DNA of 64,000 nt from positions 2,294,001 to 2,358,000 of the forward strand of contig CATNEN010000011.1 of the NCBI GenBank assembly GCA_950097015.1, in the 5' to 3' direction. The notes below the pieces were generated by a model. It worked only from the letters and a program-made list of their open reading frames with translations. It did no database searches and was not told the DNA's origin. Source of the DNA: Macrostomum hystrix (Eukaryota; Animalia; Platyhelminthes). Positions 1-9,395 of this stretch are shown piece after piece. Position numbers and translations under genes: made by a program. The first letter of the stretch is position 1. Each line of letters begins with the position of its first letter.

Positions 1-121
1 AGAGTGATATTTCTTGGAAAGACGAGTTTGCGAGTGAATGATATTTCTTGGAAAGACGAGTGTTCAAGAGAGTGGTATTTCTAGGAAAGACGAGTGTTTA
101 AATGAGTGATATTTCTTGGAA
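1..121 (-). repeat. ~32-33 bp satellite (TTTCCAAGAAATATCACTC... family), inverted relative to 9396-10130; continues beyond the window start
   Basis: Reverse complement of 1-121 matches 9396-9512 base for base over ~117 nt, including variant units (CATTTAAACAC, TCCTAGAAATACC). Confidence 0.9.
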
Positions 122-467
122 AGTAGTATGCAATTGGGGCTATCTGGGAAAACTTTTACGCAGTCTCCATGATCGCCAATCTGTTAACTTTATTATTCCC
201 GAAGAGATCAGGTAAAAAATGGTCCTCGCCTCTCCAAAAGTCTGTCTCTAAATTCTAAATTCTCCACTTCATTTTTAAAGTACATATTCCACAAAATGTA
301 CTTAAAATGGGTCAATATCTTTCCGAGTCGTATTCTTTGAGTAAACTATTCTAGGACAAACATTATTGCAGCCTCCATATTAACATTATTATTATTCCCA
401 AGGAGATCAGGAACAAGGGTACCTGCCTCGCAAAAAAGCTGTCTCTATTGTCTTAACTGATTATTCT
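122..467 (+). repeat. Left terminal inverted repeat of the Polinton relic
   Basis: Aligns by eye to the reverse complement of 9050-9395 with scattered mismatches (roughly 5-7%). Contains an internal direct repeat TTATTATTCCC..GAGATCAGG...CTGTCTCTA. Confidence 0.9.
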
Positions 468-619
468 GAGGAAATATTGGCCCAACGTTGATATCAATGT
501 CCGTAACATTAATCTAACAGTTAAGAGTCCCTGGTTTCATAAGTATGGAGTAACCATAAAGGACTATGACAGCTACTATAAAATTTTGCTGAAATCATTA
601 AGCAATTGTAATTTTTCTC

Positions 620-745
620 TCACATACTCTCAATGATCAACGTCAATACAAAATCTTCATTGTTGAAATCAATATTCCAACACCATCTTCCCTCTCAAAC
701 TGCAGCACAATCTCGTGAATCACCTTATTACTCAATACAACTCAT
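620..745 (-). pseudogene. Second copy of the penton (minor capsid) C-terminus in the left arm
   Basis: 470-745 is the reverse complement of ~8490-8767. Reads VVLSNKVIHEIVLQFEREDGVG/IDFNNEDFVLTLIIESM* with a 1-nt frameshift. Confidence 0.75.
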
Positions 746-915
746 CTATTATTCTTATCCGGTGTTGTATTGTTAACGACAATCGTTATTGCTCATGTGC
801 TATTTTGTTCTAGAATTATCTTCGCGGCAGTTCCACAGCAATCCAAATTCATGAGTTATATGTATTACACAATCTATAAGGAGGCAGCCTCCAACTTGTC
901 CTGTCGAATTAAACA

Positions 916-1139
916 ATGTCTCAAGAGTTGACTTCAGAGCTATCTGAGCGGTTACAATCAACGGAGGATATTAAAACCGTTTTTCGACGCATTCTGCAGG
1001 AGTTTGTGCCTGTCGAAAAGCAAGATGAATGTGTAAGGCCATGATTGATAAACTCTATTTACGCTATCCCCCATCGGCTACATCTGCAGCAGACTTTGCC
1101 GCCCGTCTTAAGGAAAAATTGAAAATCATTCTCGAATGA
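916..1139 (+). pseudogene. Small frameshifted ORF of unknown function inside the Polinton relic
   Basis: MSQELTSELSERLQSTEDIKTVFRRILQEFVPVEKQDECV/AMIDKLYLRYPPSATSAADFAARLKEKLKIILE*. Coding-like, one frameshift, no family recognised. Confidence 0.35.
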
Positions 1140-1184
1140 AAGTCACCTTCCTGCCACCACCACATGAAAAGCTTAGAAAGCATT

Positions 1185-1442
1185 CTACAGTCTGATGCTG
1201 ACTTCTGGCGCAACACGTGAACTTTTAGACTGCTTGCTAACTGTTCCGGCAGATTTTTTTACGTTGCTAGGCAACCATAATTCCCCATTGAGAGGCACAC
1301 GAGCAACCCCCCTATACCAAACTATTGATTTTTGGCGCGCGGTAAAAATTTCTCTAATGAATTTGGACAAGTATACAAACAGCTGTGACTGACTGTATAC
1401 GTTCATTTTTAATTGCTCAGCCAGTAGAGTTAAATCAAGCAC
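1185..1442 (-). CDS. Hypothetical 85-aa ORF inside the Polinton relic
   Basis: ORF track; non-repetitive and flanked by other viral-type remnants; no family recognised. Confidence 0.3.
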   Translation of the reverse strand: MLDLTLLAEQLKMNVYSQSQLFVYLSKFIREIFTARQKSIVWYRGVARVPLNGELWLPSNVKKSAGTVSKQSKSSRVAPEVSIRL

Positions 1443-1519
1443 TAAGCCTTCTCAACTCCCAGTTCTTTCAGAAGAATTCAAAGTTTTTTATTTGGCGCAT
1501 GCAATACAAAGCCTGCCCC

Positions 1520-1800
1520 ATCTCCCAAACAGCCACCAATCCCCAACCCAAAATTTGACTTACAAAAAATAACAGCTTTAACTGGCTTCCGCGCGAGCGA
1601 CTCCTTCCATGCCCACTCGACGCCCCCATATTGTCTAGCATTCTGAGCATTTCTTTATCCCAGCGAGTCTTCCCCTCTGGAGAATCCCTATACTTAATGT
1701 CATGCCACACAGACAGAGTCTAGCTCATTCACAGGCTCATGTCCAGGATTTGGATTATCGTTTTTATCTATAGCTGTATTTCAAGCGGATTACCGCCAGA
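1520..1800 (-). pseudogene. Parvovirus-type phospholipase A2 (PLA2X) remnant typical of Polintons/adintoviruses
   Basis: Joining frames gives GNPLEIQL/DKNDNPNPGHEPVNELDSVC/WHDIKYRDSPEGKTRWDKEMLRMLD.../WKESLARKPVKAVIFCKSNFGLG. This matches the N.LD..C..HDI.Y catalytic motif and the K.G.G tail. At least three frameshifts. Confidence 0.8.
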
Positions 1801-1812
1801 GCGTGGTAAAAA

Positions 1813-1943
1813 TTGACAGATCAGAAACTTCAAAAGCTCTACTACGACGACAAAGGATTCTTTGTAGGAAAAAAAATGCAGTCACCAAACTCGCAGAAGT
1901 AAGTAATGAATCAAAACAAACAGTTGAAAGTTGGCTCTCTAAG
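1813..1943 (+). pseudogene. Polinton-type integrase N-terminal remnant
   Basis: (L)TDQKLQKLYYDDKGFFVGK/NAVTKLAEVSNESKQTVESWLSK (frameshift in an A-run). Resembles the L.K.YY...G...G..A+.KL...V..WL.K start of Polinton/Ginger integrases. The DDE core is absent. Confidence 0.7.
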
Positions 1944-1948
1944 CCTAA

Positions 1949-2017
1949 GGAATCATGAACTTTGACCCTGCAGAAAAACCTATAGGCTCTCATTGGGTCT
2001 GTTGTGTAATTGATTAA
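1949..2017 (+). pseudogene. Adenain (adenoviral-type cysteine protease) remnant with catalytic His
   Basis: GIMNFDPAEKPIGSHWVCCVID* matches the GI+N+D....G.HWV motif. Fused directly to the integrase remnant. Confidence 0.7.
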
Positions 2018-2045
2018 AAAACTAATTTTTATATAAGAAATAGAA

Positions 2046-2431
2046 ATGAAACACGGAAACCCTTACATAACTGTAAGAGAAATCATTGGCTGTCTAGAGC
2101 ACTATGAAGATCTTAAACTAAACGGGTTCCATATGGTTATTCTCTTCCCATTCTGCTGGCTATCTGTACACGCCTCATTAGCGTTACATTAGAAAATGAA
2201 ATAAAGATAACAGAGAACACTGACTTTGAAATTTACTTGTCAAGTACTCGTCAATTAAAATCAATTATTAAGGTGAAGTTGCAGTTGGCTGACGTTGCCA
2301 AGTGGTACTTTAGTAATCCTTCAGTGTATCCGAGATCTCACCCCTTTGTTCAACGTCTAATACATCAAGTACTCTATGCACAAGGGATGGGATTTCCTAT
2401 AGACAACATTCCTCTTCACGGAACTGACTAG
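2046..2431 (+). pseudogene. Frameshifted ORF of unknown function inside the relic
   Basis: MKHGNPYITVREIIG... continues after a frameshift into the 2237-2431 ORF frame; no family recognised. Confidence 0.3.
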
Positions 2432-2434
2432 ATT

Positions 2435-2583
2435 AAGCCTAACTCGCTGCTCATAGAGGTCTTGAATGTTTTTAAACTCATCCTCTGAAATGAACTTGTC
2501 TTCAATCGCCTTTGAGATGTACCTGATTATTGAGTTCGCTTCATGACCTTCGCTTCATGACAAATCTGTTGCACGCCTCTTTG
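2435..2583 (-). pseudogene. Remnant of a conserved Polinton hypothetical ORF (LNSI...SKA..D..IS.EEF type)
   Basis: Minus frame reads NSIIRYISKAIEDKFISEDEFKNIQDLYEQRV, recalled as a recurrent Maverick accessory ORF motif. Confidence 0.5.
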
Positions 2584-3165
2584 GCTGAGTCTGAGTCTGA
2601 GTCTGAGTCTGAGTCTGAGGCTGAGGCTGAGTCTGAGGCTGAGTCTGAGGCTGAGTCTGAGTCTGAGGCTGAGTCTGAGGCTGAGGCTGTCTGAGGCTGT
2701 CTGAGTCTGAGGCTGAGGCTGAGTCTGAGGCTGAGTCTGAGGCTGAGTCTGAGTCTGAGTCTGAGTCTGAGGCTGAGTCTGAGTCTGAGTCTGAGTCTGA
2801 GTCTGAGGCTGAGTCTGAGGCTGAGGCTGAGTCTGAGGCTGAGTCTGAGTCTGAGGCTGAGGCTGAGTCTGAGGCTGAGTCTGAGGCTGAGTCTGAGTCT
2901 GAGGCTGAGGCTGAGGCTGAGGCTGAGTCTGAGGCTGAGTCTGAGTCTGAGTCTGAGTCTGAGTCTGAGGCTGAGGCTGAGTCTGAGGCTGAGTCTGAGG
3001 CTGAGTCTGAGGCTGAGTCTGAGGCTGAGTCTGAGTCTGAGTCTGAGTCTGAGTCTGAGTCTGAGTCTGAGTCTGAGGCTGAGTCTGAGTCTGAGGCTGA
3101 GTCTGAGTCTGAGTCTGAGGCTGAGTCTGAGTCTGAGTCTGAGTCTGAGGCTGAGTCTGAGGCTG
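2584..3165. repeat. (CTGAGT/CTGAGG)n hexamer microsatellite
   Basis: Directly visible; accounts for the SLRL/DSAS low-complexity part of the 2541-3314 ORF. Confidence 0.97.
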
Positions 3166-3731
3166 TCTTCTTTTCGCTTTCCCCAGTCGTTGTATATCCT
3201 ACTCAAATACTGGGTGTGTCTTGTTACGGTTTGTTTGATTCTTTCAATCTTTGTTCGCACTTTCGTTTGCAATGCTGTAAGATCTGATTCTGCTGCTGTG
3301 AGTCTCGAACTCAATCTCTCATGCAGGGTGGATGACCTAAGTTATAAATTTTGAACTTTAGTTGTATTTTCTGCTACTCTTCCTTCCACCAAGTTTGCTC
3401 GATTATCAGTGGCAGTTCTCAGAGTGGCGATGTCTGATCTCAGGGTGGTTATCGCTGCAACAAGAGTATCAAGTGTATCCCGATCGCGAACAAACTGTAA
3501 ATATAGTATGTCAATCTCTTCCTTCCGCTTTGCTACGTTCAACCGGAGGTATTCCATGTTTATTTGTTGTTGGTGTGCTGCCCGCTCTAGGGCTTTCAAG
3601 CGATCTTTAATGAGTTTGATTTCTGGAATTTTTTCGTCAACCTTTATATAGCGCCTGTCAAGGTATGAAACTTGAGCACTAGTGAGTGTGCTTCCACGAT
3701 CCAACGATTCACCTGCAAAATTAATATACAT
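3166..3731 (-). pseudogene. Coiled-coil (fibre/structural-like) Polinton ORF split by one in-frame TAA
   Basis: ORF 3342-3731 (MYINFAGESL...) and ORF 2541-3314 share one frame, separated by TAA plus 9 sense codons (LRSSTLHER). Heptad-like leucine spacing runs across the stop. Confidence 0.55.
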
Positions 3732-3792
3732 TTTAATAATTGATTTTAAATTACAGTTCTTTTTTCCTTATTGATCATCATAAACTGGTAAG

Positions 3793-3903
3793 GTTATGCC
3801 GTCCTCTTGTAAAATAATTTTCTATCTGCTTCTGTGGGCCTGTCATGCAATCAAGACAATCAAATGCTTTCTACCCTTTTCTAGCTCATCTGGTTGGGGT
3901 AGA
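3793..3903 (-). pseudogene. A32/FtsK-like packaging ATPase remnant (Walker B region)
   Basis: LPQPDELEKGRKHLIV/(D)CMTGPQKQIENYFTRGRHN. YFTRGRH.N after a hydrophobic-DD Walker B is characteristic of Polinton ATPases. Frameshift at Walker B. Confidence 0.78.
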
Positions 3904-3904
3904 A

Positions 3905-4129
3905 GTTTGGTCTTTGGAGTTGCTTACCATTGAGGTAGAGCTCCGGGACAGCCGAAGCGTCCCTGGGGTTCATGGAAAAGACTCCAATTTCGCATTTGTC
4001 CGGGTTGAGGCGGAGGAGCCATCTGCTGCTCCATTTGGCGACTCCGTCAAGCGCTGCCTGGAGTTTGCGCTGGGCTTCTCTGATGCTCCTGCCTTGGCTC
4101 CAGATGGCGAGTTCGTCCGCGAACAGGTG
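3905..4129 (-). mobile_element. Non-LTR retrotransposon (LINE) reverse-transcriptase fragment
   Basis: HLFADELAIWSQGRSIREAQRKLQAALDGVAKWSSRWLLRLNPDKCEIGVFS...PELYLNG. This is the (Y/F)ADD motif (here FADE) followed by the LQ..L..+..W...W.L.LN..KC signature. Confidence 0.85.
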
Positions 4130-5850
4130 CTGTTGTTGTGGCGGTTGTTGCTGTTGTTGTAGCAGTTGTTGCTGTTATTGTAGCGGTTGTTGCTGCTGCT
4201 GTGGCGGTTGTTGCTTTTGTTGTGGTGGTTGTTGCTGCTGTTGTAGCGGTTGTTGCTGTTATTGTTGCGGTTGTTGCTGCTGCTGTGGCGGTTGTTGCTG
4301 TTGTTGTTGCGGTTGTTGCTGCTGCTGTGGTGGTTGTTGCTGTTATTGTTGCGGTTGTTGCTGCTGCTGTGGCGGTTGTTGCTTTTGTTGTGGTGGTTGT
4401 TGCTGCTGTTGTAGCGGTTGTTGCTGTTATTGTTGCGGTTGTTGCTGCTGCTGTGGTGGTTGTTGCTGTTATTGTAGCGGTTGTTGCTGTTATTGTAGCG
4501 GTTGTTGCTGTTATTGTAGCGGTTGTTGCTGTTGTTGTAGCGGTTGTTGCTGTTGTTGTAGCGGTTGTTGCTGTTATTGTAGCGGTTGTTGCTGCTGCTG
4601 TGGCGGTTGTTGCTGTTATTGTAGCGGTTGTTGCTGCTGCTGTGGTGGTTGTTGCTGTTATTGTAGCGGTTGTTGCTGTTGTTGTAGCGGTTGTTGCTGT
4701 TGTTGTAGCGGTTGTTGCTGTTGTTGTGGCGGTTGTTGCTGTTGTTGTAGCGGTTGTTGCTGTTATTGTAGCGGTTGTTGCTGTTGTTGTGGCGGTTGTT
4801 GCTGTTATTGTAGCGGCTGTTGCTGCTGCTGTGGCGGTTGTTGCTGCTGCTGTAGCGGTTGTTGCTGTTGTTGTGGCGGTCGTTGCTGTTGTTGTGGCGG
4901 TTGTTGCTGCTGCTGTGGCGGTTGTTGCTGTTGTTGTTGCGGTTGTTGCTGCTGCTGTGGTGGTTGTTGCTGTTATTGTTGCGGTTGTTGCTGCTGCTGT
5001 GGCGGTTGTTGCTTTTGTTGTGGTGGTTGTTGCTGCTGTTGTAGCGGTTGTTGCTGTTGTTGTGGCGGTCGTTGCTGTTGTTGTGGCGGTTGTTGCTGCT
5101 GCTGTGGCGGTTGTTGCTGTTGTTGTTGCGGTTGTTGCTGCTGCTGTGGTGGTTGTTGCTGTTATTGTTGCGGTTGTTGCTGCTGCTGTGGCGGTTGTTG
5201 CTTTTGTTGTGGTGGTTGTTGCTGCTGTTGTAGCGGTTGTTGCTGTTGTTGTTGCGGTTGTTGCTGTTATTGTAGCGGTTGTTGCTGCTGCTGTGGTGGT
5301 TGTTGCTGTTATTGTAGCGGTTGTTGCTGTTGTTGTAGCGGTTGTTGCTGTTGTTGTAGCGGTTGTTGCTGTTGTTGTAGCGGTTGTTGCTGTTGTTGTA
5401 GCGGTTGTTGCTGTTGTTGTCGCGGTTGTTGCTGTTATTGTAGCGGTTGTTGCTGTTGTTGTGGCGGTTGTTGCTGTTATTGTAGCGGCTGTTGCTGCTG
5501 CTGTGGCGGTTGTTGCTGCTGCTGTAGCGGTTGTTGCTGTTGTTGTGGCGGTCGTTGCTGTTGTTGTGGCGGTTGTTGCTGTTATTGTGGCGGTTGTTGC
5601 TGCTGCTGTGGCGGTTGTTGCTGTTGTTGTGGCGGTTGTTGCTGCTGCTGTAGCGGTTGTTGCTGCTGCTGTAGCGGTTGTTGCTGCTGCTGTGGCGGTT
5701 GTTGCTGTTGTTGTGGCGGTTGTTGCTGCTGCTGTAGCGGTTGTTGCTGCTGCTGGGGCGTTTGTTGCTGTTGTTGTAGCGGTTGTTGCTGTTGTTGTAG
5801 CGGTTGTTGCTGTTGCTGTAGCGGTTGTTGCTGTTGTTTTTGTTCTGGGT
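4130..5850. repeat. 21-bp minisatellite built from GTT/GCT triplets (e.g. GCGGTTGTTGCTGTTGTTGTA)
   Basis: Directly visible; produces the poly-N, poly-T/A, poly-C/G and poly-V/A ORFs. Confidence 0.97.
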
Positions 5851-5915
5851 ATTCTGTTTAGATAATCTGGAAGATATTTCATGACTTCCATCTGATCTGG
5901 CAAACCGAACCATTG

Positions 5916-6516
5916 TTAAAAGTGCTTGTACTTTTTTAATCTAGTCAGGCTGACATCGTTGTCGTAAATTATTTTCAAAACTTCTGGGACCTTCAGTATT
6001 TCTATATCCCTAGCAAGAGCAAAACTCACTAGATCTCTGTAGTTCAGCTGCTCCTCGGAGATTTTCTCTTGGTTCTTAGTCATAAAAGTCTGTAAGGTTT
6101 CTGTGAAAAGTATGCTTTTAGTTTCTTGTGAGCCTTTGACAGACATACAGTTTTTATTTATGTCTAGTACAGTATAAGTGTTTTTTCTCCATTTACTAAT
6201 CCCGAAAACATATTTCCCATCATGTTCTGCTGGTCCAAAAATGTTATCCGTCACTTTTAGTTGTGGTTGTTGTGATTCTGGTGGTGGTGTTTATCCAAAG
6301 CCTTTTGCACCTGGGTTTTTGTATGTCGTCAATAGTTTCTTTGACTTGATCAATATTTTTCTTAGCTTTTCCATACCCGGGTTTATGAAACTCTGTGGCT
6401 GCTTGGACCAACTCATTGTAGGATTGTTGCTCCTTATTGATTAGCCCGGTAACTCTCTTTTTTGCTTGTGCTAGCTTCTCCAATTCAGATAATTGCTGTG
6501 CATTTTTTCTCTTCAT
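5916..6516 (-). pseudogene. Conserved Polinton hypothetical ORF, split into two overlapping ORFs
   Basis: ORFs 6244-6516 and 5916-6254 overlap by 11 nt. The N-part (AKKRV...EFHKP) and C-part (TDNIFG..EHDGKYVFG...NYRDLV) resemble a recurrent Maverick ORF. Confidence 0.45.
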
Positions 6517-6639
6517 TTCTTATTTTATTTTTTTAGTTAACGATCCACTTACACCAGTTTTCTACAAAATTAACAACCCTTTTTGAGTGATGACAGCACA
6601 ATCAAAGCGACTGAGGTAAGAGTTCCCAGTCAGGAAAAT

Positions 6640-6961
6640 CAGAGTCAAACTAATGAATCTATTGACTAAGTAAGTTCTAAGTAACTTAACTACACCTAGA
6701 GTGTTGCGGACTGGGGTGGACCACACTAGAATGGATGTGAAGCTAACCGGAATCGAGTTGTATTTGGAAGTCATTGAGCCAAAGACCGCACTAAAAGCAG
6801 ATTATCTCAAGGCAATAGAGAAGGACATTGATGTCGCCTACACGGCCTACATGTGTCGAGATGAGCGAAACGAAACTAGAACAAACATCTGCATTAAAGA
6901 GGGATCATGCAGCAATCCAAGGTATATTATTATTAACATGAGAAACCCAAATAGTATTATA
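6640..6961 (+). pseudogene. Polinton major capsid protein remnant, part 1
   Basis: DVKLTGIELYLEVIEP...IKEGSCSNPRYIIINMRNPNS. PRYIII preceded by a K+..I.L strand fits the double-jelly-roll MCP. In-frame stop at 6671. Confidence 0.65.
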
Positions 6962-7812
6962 CGAGGGGTGTTTCAAAAGTACGAGAATTTAGTCATGACT
7001 TGCACAGTGGATTCGCTGTCTTTTGTGGTCCAGGGTCAACTCACGCGGCACCCACTTGGCACAGACTCGCGACCAGTTTAATTCCTTTAAGATGCGGCTC
7101 ACAGAAGCAATGGAGATGCTACAGACCTCCTCAACTTCACGCAATGTGGCAGAAGGATTGGCGCAGAGGTAATCACGGACAATCTGTTTGCTGTTGTCAT
7201 CCGTTGACGAGCGGGGGCGTCCCGACCTGGGCGCGTCACCACATCCTGTAGCACCATCGCGGAACGCCTTGCAGTGAGCATAAACCCGCGCTTGCGATAG
7301 TGCCTGATCTCCAAATGCCTGGTTCAGGTCCCGAGCGATATCGCATGGCTTCTTTCCAAGTTGAACCAGACCAGCGATAAAATGCCTTCCTTCGATCCAA
7401 TTTCTGAATGATCTTTCGGTCGTTCCATAGTCTCACTTGAAAGCACTTTTCAGTCAGGTCTCTCAGTCAAGCATTTGCAATTTTGAGCAGCCCCATGCAG
7501 CTTAAAAAAACAAAAAATTCCGAGGCAACTTTGCCCATAAACAACAGAAACCGGAGACAGTAGCAGAAGCAGCTGAGTGCGTCAGCAGCATCATTTGCAG
7601 TTTTCACGTTCTAAGCAAATTCTCAGGTGTACAGACCACAGACTAAAATCGTAATTTTTAATCTCGAGGTCTGGACTTCAATGTGAGATTTCACTGGTGC
7701 ATGTAGACCGATAGAGTTGCAACTGAAGCTGTGTGCTGTCCATATTTGCAAAATTACAGGTTACAGGTAAAAATGTATGACTAAATTCTCGTTACTTTTG
7801 AAACACCCCTCG
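6962..7812 (-). mobile_element. Mariner (Tc1/mariner) internal-deletion derivative, 851 bp
   Basis: TIRs CGAGGGGTGTTTCAAAAGT(A)ACGAGAATTTAGTCAT at both ends, with TA duplications at 6960-61 and 7813-14. Minus strand encodes a transposase N-terminus (...DAPRSGRP...LREV...SVSRILKELNWSRVCAKWVPRELT) with a frameshift near the start and no DDD domain. Confidence 0.93.
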
Positions 7813-8070
7813 TACAATACATGCATGGAAACGTGCGGTCCATTCAGCATGAAATCAGTGATAATCTTTACCCTGCACTGCCACAAAATGGATATTTCAG
7901 TCAGAACAAGAGCAAATTTTATTACAGTTAGTTGGTCGACTTGGCTGTGAAAGAGAACAATGGAATTGCTAACATAGCTCTTCAATATGTAACTCTATAT
8001 ACGATATTTGGTGCTGATGTGTCTGCCAGACAAATGCCTACTGATAACAGCCCTGTGAATATCGTGACTA
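7813..8070 (+). pseudogene. Polinton major capsid protein remnant, part 2
   Basis: Removing the mariner plus one TA rejoins in frame: NPNSIIQYMHGNVRSIQHEISDNLYP...FSQNKSKFYYS*LVDL...YTIFGADVSARQ...SPVNIV, resembling the F.H.N.....YP / ID.S+Q....VD+ MCP C-terminal pattern. Confidence 0.7.
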
Positions 8071-8215
8071 ATTATATAATAATAATAATTGCAGCAGGGC
8101 TGCGGGCAGTGGCACATCATTTGGTGACGCTAGACCCGCAAAAAATTTGCGGCTGCGCCCCAAATAAATGTGGCCTCGCCGTGGAATCGAGCTCAGGGAC
8201 CGTGGTGCGAGAGGC
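8070..8215 (-). mobile_element. tRNA-derived SINE family A, internally deleted copy
   Basis: (TAA)n tail at left and shared body GGCACATCATTTGGTGACGCTAGACCCGC. Head reverse complement is GGTCCCTGAGCTCGATTCC (B-box-like). Related to copies at ~28615, 30500, 44835 and 51965. Confidence 0.65.
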
Positions 8216-8615
8216 TAAATGGGATTTCTTCTGAGATTCCAGAAGAAAATCCATAAGGCGGAAGCACAGACTGCATCTCCTTCACCGGGGGCTGTTTCGA
8301 GGACCCAGCTAAGCGGTCTGTTCTTAGCGCCCAATATCGCAGACATTGTAAAGGGTTTGAATATTCTAATCAGAAGTAATCTCAGTCTTGATTGGCTATT
8401 CAAGGGAAAGCGAACGAATATTTTGTACAACATCTCAAACTCTGTTGCTGGAGGACAGATGCTGGTAGAGAAACCAAACCCAGTGAAAAGAGTTGTGCTA
8501 AGTAATAATTGGGGATTCACGAGATTGTGCTGCAGTTTGAGACGGAAGATGGTGTTGGAATATTGATTTCAACAATGAAGAGTTTGTATTGACGTTGATC
8601 ATTGAGAGTATGTGA
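8216..8615 (+). pseudogene. Polinton penton (minor capsid) remnant
   Basis: MGF...APNIADIVKGLNILIRSNLSLDWLFKGKRTNILYNISNSVAGGQMLVEKPNPVKRVVLSNN/IHEIVLQFETEDGVG/IDFNNEEFVLTLIIESM*. Fits the penton C-terminal GYKI.E.P....I..I.L.I.D.DG..IDF.GE pattern. Two frameshifts. Confidence 0.78.
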
Positions 8616-9049
8616 GAGAAAAATTACAATTGCTTAATGATTTCAACAAAATTTTATAGTAGCTGTCATAGTCCTTTATGGTTACTCCATACTTATGAAA
8701 CCAGGGACTCTTAACTGTTAGATTAATGTTACGGACATTGATATCAACGTTGGGCCAATATTTACTCATCTAGTTTGCATCGGTACTTACTCTTGTAATT
8801 GGGCTCGTGCTTGGCATAGTGAGATCCAGGAGAGAAGATTGGAAACATTTTCATTGAGAATTAATTTTTTTCGGAGGATGAGCATCCTAGGTTTGGGATC
8901 TTGAGTTTGGAATTGGGATCTTGGCGCTAATTTGATTGTCTTGATGCACTTTTTGGGCTGTGAGGCTCTTATCAGGAATATGGAGACAATTTTTTTGTAC
9001 AAGACTGATCTGGAATAGGCTGCGAAAATTTTTGTCCCAACTGATCTGG

Positions 9050-9395
9050 AATAATCAGTTAAGACTATAGAGACAGCTTTTTTGCGAGGCAGGTACCCCT
9101 TCACCTGATCTCCTTGGGAATAATAATAATGTTAATATGGAGGCTGCGATAATGTTTGTCCTAGAATAGTTTACTCAAAGAATACAACTCAGAAAGATAG
9201 TGACCCATTTTAAGTACATTTTGTGGAATATGTACTTCAAAAATGAAGTGGAGAATTTAGAATTTAGAGACAGACTTTTGGAAAGGCGAGGACCCTTATT
9301 TCCCTGATCTCTTTAGGGAATAATAAAGTTTACAGATTGGGGATCATGGAGACTGCGTAAACGTTTGTCCCAGATAGCCCCAATTGCATACTACT
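9050..9395 (-). repeat. Right terminal inverted repeat of the Polinton relic
   Basis: Reverse complement of 122-467; ends in ACTACT. Confidence 0.9.

Larger units (their letters stand above)
122..9395. mobile_element. Degenerate, internally rearranged Polinton/Maverick (adintovirus-like) element
   Basis: Begins AGTAGT (122-127) and ends ACTACT (9390-9395), the typical Polinton terminus. Has ~350 bp inverted ends. Interior has motif-recognisable remnants of integrase, adenain, packaging ATPase, PLA2, major capsid and penton. No pPolB remnant recognised. Confidence 0.82.

Noticed and set aside
3970-5913. Four overlapping 575-647 aa ORFs (poly-N, poly-T/A, poly-C, poly-V)
   Set aside because: All are readings of one 21-bp triplet-based minisatellite that is open in several frames on both strands.
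7099-7436. Possible LINE 3' region suggested by the ORF-track peptides
   Set aside because: A third minus frame gives a clear mariner transposase N-terminus inside mariner TIRs.
8150-8225. HDV-like ribozyme (CCTCG...GCTAA)
   Set aside because: P2 and P3 pairings cannot be formed, and the segment spans a SINE-penton junction.
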